In this document: positions 9,888 to 20,802 of the stretch, one piece after another
How the letters are laid out: the number at the start of each line of letters is the position of its first letter
Numbering within the stretch: position 1 is the first letter of the stretch
Source: Candidatus Poribacteria bacterium
GTDB lineage: Bacteria; Poribacteria; WGA-4E; WGA-3G
DNA length: 64,000 nucleotides
NCBI GenBank assembly: GCA_965214095.1
Contig: OZ243938.1
Coordinates: forward strand, 3,360,001 to 3,424,000
Direction: 5' to 3'
The notes under the pieces: model-generated
Seen by the model: only the letters and a program-made list of their open reading frames with translations
Told to the model about the DNA's origin: nothing
The model's database searches: none
Program-made: the position numbers and the translations under genes

Positions 9888-11708
9888 ATGAAACCTAAAC
9901 ACATCTTATATCAAACAGCAACAGCACTGATTATCACACTCCTTTTTGTGTTACCACTGTCAGCAGACGATCATCAAGAAGAGGCGACAGCATCCCTAAA
10001 AAAATACGTTGAATTCACACTAAGCGGCACCTATTCTGATACCAAAGAGATGAGTATCTTTGGCACCGCTACAACGAAAACACTACGCGGACTATTTAAG
10101 AAACTGGACGTTCTCAAAAATGACCGTAAAGTTGCCGGAATCGTATTCAAAATCGGCAACCTCGGGATAGGATGGGCGAACCTACAAGAAATTAGAGAAA
10201 AACTCAGCGAATTACGTGATGCTGATAAAGAGATGATCGCCTATCTTGAAGGTGGTAGCAATGCAGCTTATCTACTTGCAACGGCAATGGATCGGATTGT
10301 GTTAATGCCTACTGGCAGTCTCAATCTAATCGGTCTCCGTTCCGAAATCATCTTTTTAAAAGGGTTATTGGAAAAACTTGATATTGAAGCGGATATGCTT
10401 GCAATGGGTAAATTCAAATCCGGCGTTGAGCCTTATACCCGTGACAGCATGTCGGATGAGTTCCGTGAATCAATGACAGTTCTACTTGACGATCTATATA
10501 ATCAAATGTTGGAAAAGATCGCTGACGGTAGAGACGAAATTACGCCTGAAAACGCAGCAGACTTGATTGATAGCGGTCCTTTCACGGCACAAGAGGCACA
10601 TCTCGCCAAACTCGTTGATGAACTAAAATATTACGATGAACTCCTTGAGGCAATAGATGAAGAAAAAGAGGGTGAAGCACAAGTCGTTAAAGAGGCTGAT
10701 ACAAAAAAACGAAAGGTGCCGGATATGAATAGTTTTGCTGGCATGATGCAGCTGTTTAGTATGTTCAGTCCGCCACAGCGTGCAAAGGCACGTCCCGCAG
10801 ACAAGCAGATCGCTCTCATATATGCCAGCGGTCCCATTTTACCTGATATCAACTCACCATTTACTACCACGTCAATGATTACCCCTAAAACGTTGAAAAA
10901 AGCGTTTAAGAAAGCACGTGACGACGATGCTGTTCAGGCGGTTGTGTTGCGTGTGGACAGTCCCGGTGGTTCTGCGCTTGCATCTGACCTGATATGGCGA
11001 GAGGTAATGCTAACGCAACGCGAAAAACCTGTTATTGTATCAATGGCAAATATGGCTGCCTCTGGTGGGTATTATATCTCAATGGCTGCACAAAAAATCG
11101 TAGCACAACCCGGCACGCTTACCGGTTCAATCGGGGTCTACGGTGGCAAACTTAATCTTAAAGGTCTCTATAACAAAGTCGGTTTGAATAAAGAAATCAT
11201 CGCACATGGAAACAACGCAACAATCTATTCGGATTACGGAAACTTTACGGAGTCAGAACGCGAACGCGTTGAAAAGATGATGGAAACCGTCTATGAACAA
11301 TTTGTGAACAAAGCAGCTGCCGGTAGACAAACCACCTTTGACGAAATCGATGCAGTCGCACAGGGACGAGTCTGGACTGGAAAACAGGCAAAAGAACTCG
11401 GACTCGTGGATGAACTCGGTGGTCTTGACACTGCGCTCGCTATCGCTAAGAAAGAAGTGGGAATTACAGATAAAGATAAAGTGGACATCGTTGTGCTACC
11501 AGAGCAGAAAACCTTCTTTGAACAGGTTATGGAAAGCATGCTTGATGAAGAGATGAGCATCTCAGAAACATTGTCTTTACAGTTGGCACAAAACCATCCG
11601 CTATTTCCGATACTAAAATCGCAATGGCATCGGATAATGACATGGTTAACGCTATTTGAAAATGAACGGGTAGTTACTGCATTACCTTATGATATTATAA
11701 TTCGGTGA
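9888..11708 (+). CDS. sppA: Signal peptide peptidase SppA (long form, S49)
   Basis: RVDSPGGS, MAASGGYY, TGSIGV and QGRVWTG motifs, tandem S49 domains. Confidence 0.93.
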   Translation: MKPKHILYQTATALIITLLFVLPLSADDHQEEATASLKKYVEFTLSGTYSDTKEMSIFGTATTKTLRGLFKKLDVLKNDRKVAGIVFKIGNLGIGWANLQEIREKLSELRDADKEMIAYLEGGSNAAYLLATAMDRIVLMPTGSLNLIGLRSEIIFLKGLLEKLDIEADMLAMGKFKSGVEPYTRDSMSDEFRESMTVLLDDLYNQMLEKIADGRDEITPENAADLIDSGPFTAQEAHLAKLVDELKYYDELLEAIDEEKEGEAQVVKEADTKKRKVPDMNSFAGMMQLFSMFSPPQRAKARPADKQIALIYASGPILPDINSPFTTTSMITPKTLKKAFKKARDDDAVQAVVLRVDSPGGSALASDLIWREVMLTQREKPVIVSMANMAASGGYYISMAAQKIVAQPGTLTGSIGVYGGKLNLKGLYNKVGLNKEIIAHGNNATIYSDYGNFTESERERVEKMMETVYEQFVNKAAAGRQTTFDEIDAVAQGRVWTGKQAKELGLVDELGGLDTALAIAKKEVGITDKDKVDIVVLPEQKTFFEQVMESMLDEEMSISETLSLQLAQNHPLFPILKSQWHRIMTWLTLFENERVVTALPYDIIIR

Positions 11709-11720
11709 TTAGGTGTAAAT

Positions 11721-12524
11721 ATGAATAACAAAGACTTTCAAGTTGATGTAACTGACGAACAGGTTGCCTTTTTCCAAGAAAACGGATATCTGAGCATTCC
11801 ACGCATCACAACGGATGAAGAGATTGAATGGCTAAAAGGTATCTACGATAAACTCTTCAATGATCGCACAGGTGAGGAACAGGGACGTTATTTTGATTTA
11901 GCAGGTCCCCGTGCACATACTGGGAAAGAGACGTTACCACAAGTCTTAGGTCCAGAGGGACAATTTCCCGAACTCCGAGAATCTATCTATTTCCATAACG
12001 CACGCAGGCTCGCAGCAAAACTGCTCAGTGTTGAAATGGAGAAGGTGGGTGGTGGTGGACACATGATATTGAAACCCGCACACTATGGAAACGAAACGCC
12101 TTGGCATCAGGACGAAGCATATTGGAATCCAGAAGTCTTACCCCATAGTTTGAGCGTATGGCTGCCGTTGGACAAAGCCACGCTTGAAAGTGGATGTCTC
12201 CAATTTATCCCAAAATCCAATAAAGGTGATGTGCGTTGGCATCGGCACATTAACGATGACCCGCTTGTGCATGGCTTGGTGACAGATGATGTTGACCCAT
12301 CCGAAGCAGTCGCATGTCCTATACCTGCAGGCGGTGCAACGTTCCATCACTGCAGAACTTTACACTATTCCGCACCAAACAGCACAGACCAAGAACGTAG
12401 GGCATATATCCTTGTCTTCAGTGGTCCACATCAGAAATTAGAAAAACCAGCAGAACGTCCGTGGATAAAAGAAGAACAGGAGGCATTGGCGAAGTTAAAG
12501 TCGTTAGCGGTGGATAGGGAATAG
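11721..12524 (+). CDS. Phytanoyl-CoA dioxygenase (PhyH) family protein
   Basis: PWHQD, GCLQFIP and TLHYSAPN motifs. Confidence 0.9.
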   Translation: MNNKDFQVDVTDEQVAFFQENGYLSIPRITTDEEIEWLKGIYDKLFNDRTGEEQGRYFDLAGPRAHTGKETLPQVLGPEGQFPELRESIYFHNARRLAAKLLSVEMEKVGGGGHMILKPAHYGNETPWHQDEAYWNPEVLPHSLSVWLPLDKATLESGCLQFIPKSNKGDVRWHRHINDDPLVHGLVTDDVDPSEAVACPIPAGGATFHHCRTLHYSAPNSTDQERRAYILVFSGPHQKLEKPAERPWIKEEQEALAKLKSLAVDRE

Positions 12525-12592
12525 AAATTTAAAATAGTAGGCACACTAAATTAATCAACAATGCGTGATGTACAACCACAAGAAATACATTT

Positions 12593-12973
12593 GTGAGAAA
12601 AATGGGAATATGGCGCGAGTACCTTATTGAAAAACTTGCTGACAGGGAAAGCGCAATTAACTATCTCCAAGCTATCCTTGAAGACTATCAAATCTTTGAG
12701 GATTCGACAGTAGTTCTAAGAGCTCTCCATACCGTTGTTGAAGCACAGGGAGGTATTTCTGAACTAGCAAAGCAGACAGATATTGCACCACAAGTGCTTT
12801 CAAAAGCACTTTCTAATGAAGATACACCTTTGATTGGTGTTTTAACAGTTGTCCTTAAAGCACTTGGTCATCAACTTTCGATCCAACCCATAGACTCTGA
12901 AAACCTAAACCTTGAAGCGTATACTGATGTATTAGAAACACAAAACACATCGACACAGATAGCAGAAAATTAG
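12593..12973 (+). CDS. Addiction-module antidote-like HTH protein
   Basis: YLQAILED...AL..VVEAQGGISELA...LSKALS pattern. Confidence 0.7.
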   Translation: MRKMGIWREYLIEKLADRESAINYLQAILEDYQIFEDSTVVLRALHTVVEAQGGISELAKQTDIAPQVLSKALSNEDTPLIGVLTVVLKALGHQLSIQPIDSENLNLEAYTDVLETQNTSTQIAEN

Positions 12974-13036
12974 TTACAGGCAAAGGAACATGAGAAAGTG
13001 AAACTAAAATCAATAGTAGTAGATAGAAAATAACAA

Positions 13037-13156
13037 CTACATAAATGCAGCCTCATCTTCAGCGACAGCTGCATCCTCTGTTTGTTGTTCGTAGTGTGTA
13101 ATGACACTTTGTACGCGCGCTTCATCCCACCCAGGCGGAAACTTATTCTGCGTCAT
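13037..13156 (-). CDS. Small protein (39 aa, MTQNKFPPGWDEARVQ...), possibly a truncated antitoxin-like gene
   Basis: Hand translation, AAGGAG RBS upstream. Family assignment from memory only. Confidence 0.45.
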   Translation of the reverse strand: MTQNKFPPGWDEARVQSVITHYEQQTEDAAVAEDEAAFM

Positions 13157-13356
13157 TTGTTTCTCCTTCGTCAGTATACCATTTTCTGGATTATGATAAA
13201 AACGAATGTCCACTATATTCCTGAATCAATTATAGTGGACAGCAAGTCCAAATCGCAAATCGTTTTTTAATTTACAAATCCCTTGAATTCACATAGCAAT
13301 CGTGTTATACTTCATAGTGTATGTAGAGTTTCAGAATAAGTAAAGGGTACGAAACC

Positions 13357-14388
13357 ATGAACATCTTCTGCACAGGTATCAGTTGCTCAGGACGTAAAGA
13401 ACTCATCAAAGACTTTGAAGCACTCTGCGTCCAACGACAACTCAACATCGGCTTCTTCAACATTGGCGACTACATGCACCGAGTCGCAGCAGAAGCACGT
13501 GTTCACTTCACAGAAAAAGTCCTAGACTCCGACCCAGCAGTTCTATCCTTAGCGCGCCATAATGCCTTCTACGAAATCGCACGAGATGCACAAGCATATC
13601 AGCATGCGATCATCGGGTTGCACGCCTGTTTCCGATGGAGAGGTAGTCTACAAGAAGGATTTACATTCAAAGACATTGAAATCCTACCACCCGATATGTT
13701 CATCAACGTAGTAGACAACATTGCCGACATCTACGGACGGATGGAAAAAAACACCCAATGGGCAGGCCTACAAAAGACAGCACTCAATGTCTGGTTAGAC
13801 GAGGAAGAATTCCTCACCAGACACCTCGCGCATCTTACAGAAAAACCGTATTACACCGTGGCACGGCAGCACGATCTCGCAAACTTCTATGAACTCCTAT
13901 TTACAGACAAACCCAAATTCTATCTCAGTTATCCGATAACACTCCTAAGAGACACACCAGAAGAAATAAAGAAAATCCGTGAGTTAGGTAATAGGTTATC
14001 CCGATCATACATCTGCTTCGATCCGCTTGCAATCAAGGACATGGCACTCGTCACCTTCTCAAAAGCAGAAAATGACGACCTAGATTTAGATGTCCCAGAA
14101 ACGATGAGCGAATTAGATGATCAGGTAATAGAGCAGATAAAAACCCGAACCATCTCGCGCGATTATCAATTTGTCCATCAGAGTGATTTCGTCGTAGTCA
14201 TCTATCCGACAGACAAATTATCTCCCGGTGTTCTCAGTGAGATGAATTATGCCACACGACATAACAAACCGGTGTATGCTGTCTACAACGAAACCCGCAG
14301 CATCTTCTTTGAAAACCTATGTGACAAGATCTTTGACACTTATGAGGAGTTAGACGACTTTTTGAAACAAACATACCCAGTTGGATAA
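13357..14388 (+). CDS. Nucleotide-kinase-like P-loop domain fused to a nucleoside 2-deoxyribosyltransferase-like domain
   Basis: TGISCSGRKE at the N-terminus. C-terminal YLSYP...RDYQFVHQSDFVV...SPGVLSEMNYA...KPVY. Confidence 0.65.
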   Translation: MNIFCTGISCSGRKELIKDFEALCVQRQLNIGFFNIGDYMHRVAAEARVHFTEKVLDSDPAVLSLARHNAFYEIARDAQAYQHAIIGLHACFRWRGSLQEGFTFKDIEILPPDMFINVVDNIADIYGRMEKNTQWAGLQKTALNVWLDEEEFLTRHLAHLTEKPYYTVARQHDLANFYELLFTDKPKFYLSYPITLLRDTPEEIKKIRELGNRLSRSYICFDPLAIKDMALVTFSKAENDDLDLDVPETMSELDDQVIEQIKTRTISRDYQFVHQSDFVVVIYPTDKLSPGVLSEMNYATRHNKPVYAVYNETRSIFFENLCDKIFDTYEELDDFLKQTYPVG

Positions 14389-14416
14389 AAAATAGATAAA
14401 TTAAAATCTACTGTAA

Positions 14417-15568
14417 TTGAACATATACAAGGAAGTATTATTGCTAAATAAAAAGAGAATCCAAAAAGCACAAGATAGAATGAAGCAGCAAGGAATTGAT
14501 GCATATCTCATTCTCACACATGATGATTATATCTATTTTTTTGGCGAAGATCGGTATCAACCCAGGGCGGTAATCCCTGCTGAAGGTCCACCCATAATTG
14601 TCACATTTTCTGGAGAGGAAGCTGAAGTAAGAGAATCAATCGGAGCAAGTGATGTACGAATCTTCGGTTCAGTGGGGCAACAGATCAAAGATGTCGTCCA
14701 AGTGATGCGCGGTATGATAGGCAACAAGGACAAACTTAAAGTAGGTGTTCAGATGTGGTTCGGCACTCCTGCGTTCCTATTGAACATGTTCCAGAAAGCA
14801 AATCCGAGCGTTGATGTAGTGAATATTGCATCAGTTATGGATGAACTGCGAATGGTGAAGGACGCATCTGAGATAGCACTCATGCAACATGCAGCAGCAA
14901 TTGCTGAGATAGGTATGGAAGCAGCTGTCAATACGCTAAGACCGGGTATAACAGAAAATGAAGTTGCTGCAGAAGTAGAATACGCCATGCGGAAAGCAGG
15001 AGGACACGGAGTCGCAACACCTGTATACGTCAACTCGGGGATACGTTCAGGATGGTTGCATGGCACCGCCTCTGACAAAATAATTGAAAATGGAGACCTT
15101 GTTGTTCTTGACTTGGTTCCCAAGTATAAAGGTTACTGTGCAAATCTATGCAGAACGTTTGTAATTGGGAAACCTAACGCCGAACAGGAGGAATTGTTCA
15201 TAACCTACAAGAACGCACAATCTGCTGCTATAGATGCGTTAATACCGGGAGCGAAGATCCGTGATGTTGATGCTGCAGCAAAGAAAGTTGTCACTGAAGC
15301 TGGCTACGGAGAATATTATGTTGCTGGCATTAGTCATAGCATAGGATTGAGTTTTGAAGAGACCCCTGCGCCTACAATACATCCTGGAGATTCCGGCATT
15401 CAAATTCGTGAAGGGATGACAGTAACCGCTGGTCATCCTGTGCTTTCTGTTCCTGGAATAGGTGGGGTTAGGTTGGAAGACACATTTCACATTTCATCAG
15501 GAGTAGCAAAACCTTTAACAGACTTCCCTTCAGAATTAGAGTTGGAAAAATATGAGATAGAAATTTGA
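14417..15568 (+). CDS. Xaa-Pro peptidase (M24) family
   Basis: RMVKDASEI, GDLVVLD, HSIGL and GGVRLED motifs. Confidence 0.9.
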   Translation: MNIYKEVLLLNKKRIQKAQDRMKQQGIDAYLILTHDDYIYFFGEDRYQPRAVIPAEGPPIIVTFSGEEAEVRESIGASDVRIFGSVGQQIKDVVQVMRGMIGNKDKLKVGVQMWFGTPAFLLNMFQKANPSVDVVNIASVMDELRMVKDASEIALMQHAAAIAEIGMEAAVNTLRPGITENEVAAEVEYAMRKAGGHGVATPVYVNSGIRSGWLHGTASDKIIENGDLVVLDLVPKYKGYCANLCRTFVIGKPNAEQEELFITYKNAQSAAIDALIPGAKIRDVDAAAKKVVTEAGYGEYYVAGISHSIGLSFEETPAPTIHPGDSGIQIREGMTVTAGHPVLSVPGIGGVRLEDTFHISSGVAKPLTDFPSELELEKYEIEI

Positions 15569-15569
15569 T

Positions 15570-15706
15570 TATAGTAAAATCTGAAATTAACAATACACTT
15601 TACATTTAGAAAAACGCGTTTATAGTCGCGCAATTCATTGCGCCTCTTACATTGTATGAATATGCAATTGGGACAATATGTTTCATTAATTGTCCGTTTT
15701 ACTATA
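15570..15706. mobile_element. 137-bp MITE (TATAGT...ACTATA) with REP-like core
   Basis: Copies at 24117-24253 and 31434-31570. Core TAGTCGCGCAATTCATTGCGC. Confidence 0.8.
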
Positions 15707-15748
15707 GTATCCATTGAGAAGTCCTTATTCAGATAAAAAGAAAACATC

Positions 15749-16654
15749 TTGACTATGAAAATAGCCATCCTTTCCCGTGGACCCCAAAATCACTCAACTC
15801 GCAGCCTTGTTGAAGCTGCCCAAAAAGCAGGACACACAGCCAACGTCTGCGACCCATTCGGATTCTACTTACAAATCGGTGGAACCGGACACCGAATTAT
15901 TTATGAAGGTGTGCCAGCAGAAAATTATGATGTCGTTATTCCAAGGCTCTCAGGCGCGACGGCACGATACGGAGGAGAAGTCGTCTCACACTATGAATGG
16001 GCAGGCATTCCTGTTGTGAATTCTGCAAGCGCAATCGCTGAAGCACGTCACAAGTTCAAATCACTACGTATTCTTGCACAACACGGCTTACCAATTCGAC
16101 CCAGTCTCACCGTCGGTTCAGCAACCTATTTAGAAGATAAATCGCAGGAAATAGGAGACTATCCCTATATCATCAAACCGTTCTACGGCACACACGGAAT
16201 CGGGGTTATGCTATTAGACACCCCTACCTCTCTCACCTCAACGGTAGAAGCGATGTGTGACCTACATCGAGATTACATCATTCAATCCTTTATTGCAGAA
16301 GCTGCAGGCGTAGATATCCGCGTTCTCGTTATTGGTGGAGATATAATCGCAGCGATGGAAAGATCTGCAGTCCCTGGAGAATTCCGATCAAACATCCACC
16401 AAGGAGCTCATGGAAAGCAGATCACACTCACAGACGAAAACAAGCGAATTGCAATTGATGCCGCATCCGCATTGAATTTAGACATTGCTGGCGTGGACAT
16501 AATGAAAACAAAAAACGGACCTGTCATTCTTGAAGTCAACCCGTCTCCTGGATTTGAAGAGTTGGAATCTGTATCGGGAATAGATATTGCAAAATCAATG
16601 ATTGACTTTGCAATCTATCTCGCTGAAAATGCACCTAAAGGATCAAGAAATTAA
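15749..16654 (+). CDS. rimK: RimK-family ATP-grasp alpha-L-glutamate ligase
   Basis: MKIAILSR, DIRVLVIG, FRSNIHQG and LEVNPSPG motifs. Confidence 0.85.
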   Translation: MTMKIAILSRGPQNHSTRSLVEAAQKAGHTANVCDPFGFYLQIGGTGHRIIYEGVPAENYDVVIPRLSGATARYGGEVVSHYEWAGIPVVNSASAIAEARHKFKSLRILAQHGLPIRPSLTVGSATYLEDKSQEIGDYPYIIKPFYGTHGIGVMLLDTPTSLTSTVEAMCDLHRDYIIQSFIAEAAGVDIRVLVIGGDIIAAMERSAVPGEFRSNIHQGAHGKQITLTDENKRIAIDAASALNLDIAGVDIMKTKNGPVILEVNPSPGFEELESVSGIDIAKSMIDFAIYLAENAPKGSRN

Positions 16655-16767
16655 TACAATTGCCGTGTTCGTAGTCGCGCAATTCATTGCGCCTCTTACA
16701 TTCCAATTCAAATAAGAAAGTCCATTTATAGAATTGGTATCGCTTCCCAAAAGGTTGGGTTAATTAA

Positions 16768-17949
16768 TTGACTTCCCATCAACGAAAAATCCTGATGTTC
16801 AATCACGAATTCCCGCCTATAGGCGGTGGTGGAGGTTGGGTTAGTTATTATTTAGGCAAACATTACGCAAATGCTGGACACGATGTACATCTCATCACAT
16901 CACAATTCAGTGACTGCAAAAGCATGGAGGAAGTAGATGGAATCCATATACATCGCGTACCTGCCTTACGCAAAAATCCGAATGTGTGTGCTGTCCACGA
17001 GATGTTCACTTACGCAATAAGTTCCAGCATCTACGGATTGAAATTTGCAAAGCAGTTCAAACCCGATATCGTCCAAGTCTTTTTCGGTATACCCGCCGGA
17101 GGTGGTGCTTTTCTACTAAAGAAATTCAGAAATGTTCCTTATGTTGTCTTTTTAGGTGGGAGAGATGTGCCACGTCACGACCCCGATCCACCTTACTACC
17201 GATGGTTATACATGCTCCTAAAACCGATTATCCGTGCAATATGGAGGAATGCTGCAGCGGTCGTTTCCTGTAGTGAAGGACTGCGAGACCTTGCACAAGC
17301 AACCGACAGAGGTGTTAACATAGACATCATACCGGACGGTTTAGACCCCGACAGTTTTGAACCGACACAGCGCGAGGCACATCCAAAGGTAGTTAGATGT
17401 TTATCCATCGGCAGGCTTATTCCACGCAAAGGATTTCAATTTCTCATTCAGGCACTACCACAGATACTTGACAAAGTGAAGCATAAATTTGAGATTGAGA
17501 TTGTCGGTGACGGACCTCATGAGGAAGAACTTATAAAGATAGCAAAACGTCTTAACGTGAATTCTTATATTCATCTTACAGGTGCGGTGGAATATTCAGA
17601 ATTACCACAGAAATACCGCGACGCAGACATTTTCATTCTACCTTCACTTGCTGAAGGCATGCCCCTTGTCGTATTAGAAGCGATGGGGACAGGACTACCG
17701 ATTATCGCAAGTCGTGTTCAAGGGATTGACGAACTTGTCGCAGATGATGTCAACGGTGCACTGTTTGCCCCAGGTGATGTTGATGGTCTGGCAGAATGTA
17801 TTATCAAACTCATAGACGCAGGACAAACACGCCTTGAAATGGGAAACGCAAGTATAGAAATGCTAAAACAGAACGAACGATACAATTGGAAAAACATCGC
17901 TGAGGAATATCTCACACTCTATGACAACATTCTAACAAAAGACCCGTAA
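16768..17949 (+). CDS. Glycosyltransferase family 4
   Basis: EFPPIGGG, GRLIPRKG and EGMPLVVLEAMG motifs. Confidence 0.9.
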   Translation: MTSHQRKILMFNHEFPPIGGGGGWVSYYLGKHYANAGHDVHLITSQFSDCKSMEEVDGIHIHRVPALRKNPNVCAVHEMFTYAISSSIYGLKFAKQFKPDIVQVFFGIPAGGGAFLLKKFRNVPYVVFLGGRDVPRHDPDPPYYRWLYMLLKPIIRAIWRNAAAVVSCSEGLRDLAQATDRGVNIDIIPDGLDPDSFEPTQREAHPKVVRCLSIGRLIPRKGFQFLIQALPQILDKVKHKFEIEIVGDGPHEEELIKIAKRLNVNSYIHLTGAVEYSELPQKYRDADIFILPSLAEGMPLVVLEAMGTGLPIIASRVQGIDELVADDVNGALFAPGDVDGLAECIIKLIDAGQTRLEMGNASIEMLKQNERYNWKNIAEEYLTLYDNILTKDP

Positions 17950-17950
17950 G

Positions 17951-18220
17951 AGCGTCCTGCCAGGACCGGTAGGTTCGGTTTCCTAACCGAACCGGCTTTG
18001 TGCCAAATACCTTCATAGAGGTTCTCGTGTAGGATCCGGTTTGGTTAGGAAACCGAACCATAGGTGTCAATTTAGCGTCCTTCCAAGTGCCGGTAGGTTC
18101 GGTTTCCTAACCGAACCGGGTTTGCGCCAAAATCTTTGATAGACGGTTCTCGTGTAGGATCCGGTTTGGTTAGGAAACCGAACCTGCCGCGTGTGCAAAT
18201 AATTACGGATTTTACTATAA
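17951..18220. repeat. Tandem REP-pair units (GGTAGGTTCGGTTTCCTAACCGAACC family)
   Basis: Two ~110-bp units joined by a CATAGGTGTCAATTTA end. Related copies at ~25845-25955, ~47136-47200, 56994-57135 and 60384-60555. Confidence 0.8.
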
Positions 18221-18242
18221 TGAAAGGAGTACAAACAAACAC

Positions 18243-19697
18243 ATGCTTCCAATCAAAATACTTGCCATCGGTGCAGGCGGTCTACAACGTGCTTTAACTC
18301 ATCAATTTGTCCACATCCTCAACCAAGGGAATCTATATAACGGTGGTATCTATGTCGGACAACCCAGAGGTACAGAGAAAGCAGACGCATTTAACAGACA
18401 AAATGGTGTATATCATGTCGTCACATTTGACCTTAACGGCATCCACGACATCCAACAGATTTCAAGTGTAGTCGGTGCGACAACGCTTGCTACTGAGACG
18501 GGACGCGAACAATTTTACGCACAAACCGATAATCCATTAGACCTGATCCTCATCGGGGTAACCGAAGCAGGTATTGCAAAAGGTGAACTTGCAATGGATG
18601 TGTTAAATGAAACCCTCTATCGCTATTATTGTAAACACGGTGAAGATTCCACGCTATGTGTTGTCAATACTGATAACCTACGAAATAATGGAGACGTTAT
18701 CCGAGATATTCTATGCAATGAATATCCAAAGCGAACTGATGGGTATGCGGATTGGCTCGATACCAAAGTTGGATTTCTGAATGAGATGGGGGATCGACTT
18801 GTCCCACAAGTCTACGCAGTTCCCGATGAAATAAAGGAAGCAGCACAAGCACAGATTAAAGAGACAGATGAGTTGATTACTTATGCAGAACAGATGCCTG
18901 CCACATCGCTTATTCTTGAAGACTTGGACAATATACTTCGCGTCCCCTTTGCTAAACTTGACGACTATGGGGTTGTTGTCAAACAGGAGAGCATTGAACC
19001 CTTCCACGATTGGAAACTGCTACTCGTGAATTCTGTGCATGTACCCGGGATTACGCACAAAGGTTTTCTTGCGGGGTTTGAATATGTAAACGAGGCTGCG
19101 ACACATCCACTGTTCGCACCACATCTGGAAAGGTTGATGAAAGGCTACGCTGAAATCGTTGAAGCGGATATTCCCATCACAGGCAAGAGTGCTGAAGCAT
19201 ATTCACTGGAATTCGTTGACAGAATTCGTCGCGTCAAAGACGACAATGCTCGTATAAATATCATTGAAACAGTGAAACTCCGGGAACGTGCGGCGGACAT
19301 CGTCCGTTCACCGAACTACAATAAGAGTACTGAACTGTTCAAATCAGACTTCGCTTATTCCTTCGCTACAGTTCTCCGCTTTCTGACACCACACACTATC
19401 GCAGGTGATGACGATTACCGTGGTATTACCGATACAGGTACAGAATATGAAATCCGAGATCCTGACCGAACAATACAGAGTATTCTAAAAGATGCATTCG
19501 GTGCGGATATATCTGACGTGGCAAACCGTCTTGATGAGGTTTTCTCTAATGCTGTCTTGTGGTCTCCGCAGAATGCTACTCCTGATATGGCATTGAGTCA
19601 GAACCGAGACTTTACTAAGCGCGTTGTGCAGTACTATCATCAATTAGTTAATGGCAAATCATGCCTGGAGGTATTAGAAAGCATCAATTCTGGGTAG
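18243..19697 (+). CDS. Mannitol dehydrogenase-family / altronate oxidoreductase-like protein
   Basis: IGAGGLQRA, TEAGI, DNLRNNG, MGDRLVP and KLLLVNSVH resemble divergent UxaB/MtlD motifs. Confidence 0.65.
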   Translation: MLPIKILAIGAGGLQRALTHQFVHILNQGNLYNGGIYVGQPRGTEKADAFNRQNGVYHVVTFDLNGIHDIQQISSVVGATTLATETGREQFYAQTDNPLDLILIGVTEAGIAKGELAMDVLNETLYRYYCKHGEDSTLCVVNTDNLRNNGDVIRDILCNEYPKRTDGYADWLDTKVGFLNEMGDRLVPQVYAVPDEIKEAAQAQIKETDELITYAEQMPATSLILEDLDNILRVPFAKLDDYGVVVKQESIEPFHDWKLLLVNSVHVPGITHKGFLAGFEYVNEAATHPLFAPHLERLMKGYAEIVEADIPITGKSAEAYSLEFVDRIRRVKDDNARINIIETVKLRERAADIVRSPNYNKSTELFKSDFAYSFATVLRFLTPHTIAGDDDYRGITDTGTEYEIRDPDRTIQSILKDAFGADISDVANRLDEVFSNAVLWSPQNATPDMALSQNRDFTKRVVQYYHQLVNGKSCLEVLESINSG

Positions 19698-19762
19698 GTT
19701 TAAAGGAAATGGCGAGGTGCAGTGACCTCGCCTAACAAATGTATTACGGGTTAGCTCAAATA

Positions 19763-20716
19763 TTAGTCAGCAAGTGAGATAACACCTTTTTTCTGTTGTA
19801 GAACGGCATCATAAAACCGCATCGTTCCGACACAGTCTTGAATGCTGGAAATCGGTTCTCGGTTTTCACGGATTGAATTCGCAAACTCTGTAAGACTAAT
19901 ACCGTCCCCAGTCAACTCACCATTCCGCTGATCAGAGAAGTTAGAGGAGAATGTATTCCCGTTCCCAGTATAGTGTTCAAAACCCCATAGTCCTTCTAAA
20001 ACTACATACTCATGCTGTCCTGTAATTTCAATATGGTCATAGTTGCGTCCCCACAGACGTTGACTACTCAGCTGCAAAGTTCCTACTGCTCCATTTGCAT
20101 ATTCAACAGCAACAGCGAATGAACCTTGATTATCAACTACGTTGTGGAAATAGCAAAGTTCGTTGACATCAGCACCAGCAATGTGTCGCGCCAAATCAAA
20201 GTGATGAATGGCAAAATCAAGTAAATAATGCTTGACTGATCCATAAGGTCCACTACAAAACGAACAGAAAAGTTGCGTCAGTTGACCGAAGGATTCGGTC
20301 TGCATAATTCTCCGTGCTTCTCGCACTCCAAGACTAAACCGACGTTGGAAGTTTATCATCAATGTCTTGCCATGTTTTTCGGATGCTTCTGCCAAGGCAA
20401 GTGATTCTTCAAGTGAGGGTGCCGGGGGTTTCGGCACAAAGACGTGGTATCCTGCCGCAAGGGTTTCCAATACCAAAGGTTGCCTCGGATCCGGTCCCAT
20501 ACAGATTATTACCGCTTCCAAGTCTTCCTTCTCAAACATCTCGTGTCGATCCAAGTAATATCTACCTGTGCCAAATTTTCCAGCAACGGATTTTGCTCTG
20601 TTTTCATCTACATCACAGACTGCTTGTAATGCAACTGGTGCTAAATGCAACGCGGGATAGATTGTACCTCTCGCGAAGCCACCACCACCGATAAATCCAA
20701 TTCGAAGAGGGTCCAT
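19763..20716 (-). CDS. Gfo/Idh/MocA oxidoreductase
   Basis: RIGFIGGG, HVFVPKP, NFQRRF and IHHFD motifs. Confidence 0.88.
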   Translation of the reverse strand: MDPLRIGFIGGGGFARGTIYPALHLAPVALQAVCDVDENRAKSVAGKFGTGRYYLDRHEMFEKEDLEAVIICMGPDPRQPLVLETLAAGYHVFVPKPPAPSLEESLALAEASEKHGKTLMINFQRRFSLGVREARRIMQTESFGQLTQLFCSFCSGPYGSVKHYLLDFAIHHFDLARHIAGADVNELCYFHNVVDNQGSFAVAVEYANGAVGTLQLSSQRLWGRNYDHIEITGQHEYVVLEGLWGFEHYTGNGNTFSSNFSDQRNGELTGDGISLTEFANSIRENREPISSIQDCVGTMRFYDAVLQQKKGVISLAD

Positions 20717-20802
20717 ATTTTTTCCTTTTTGTGTTTCAATGATAAATGTATCTCAAATTTATCACAAATATAATTCTCTGTAAAGAAAAATAAGAATTAG
20801 AA

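Noticed and set aside
13082-13270. 62-aa plus-strand ORF
   Set aside because: The opposite-strand ORF 13037-13156 has an RBS and a more protein-like sequence.
17951-18220. CRISPR array
   Set aside because: The repeats are inverted hairpin pairs with conserved rather than unique spacers, they are dispersed through the window, and no cas genes are present.
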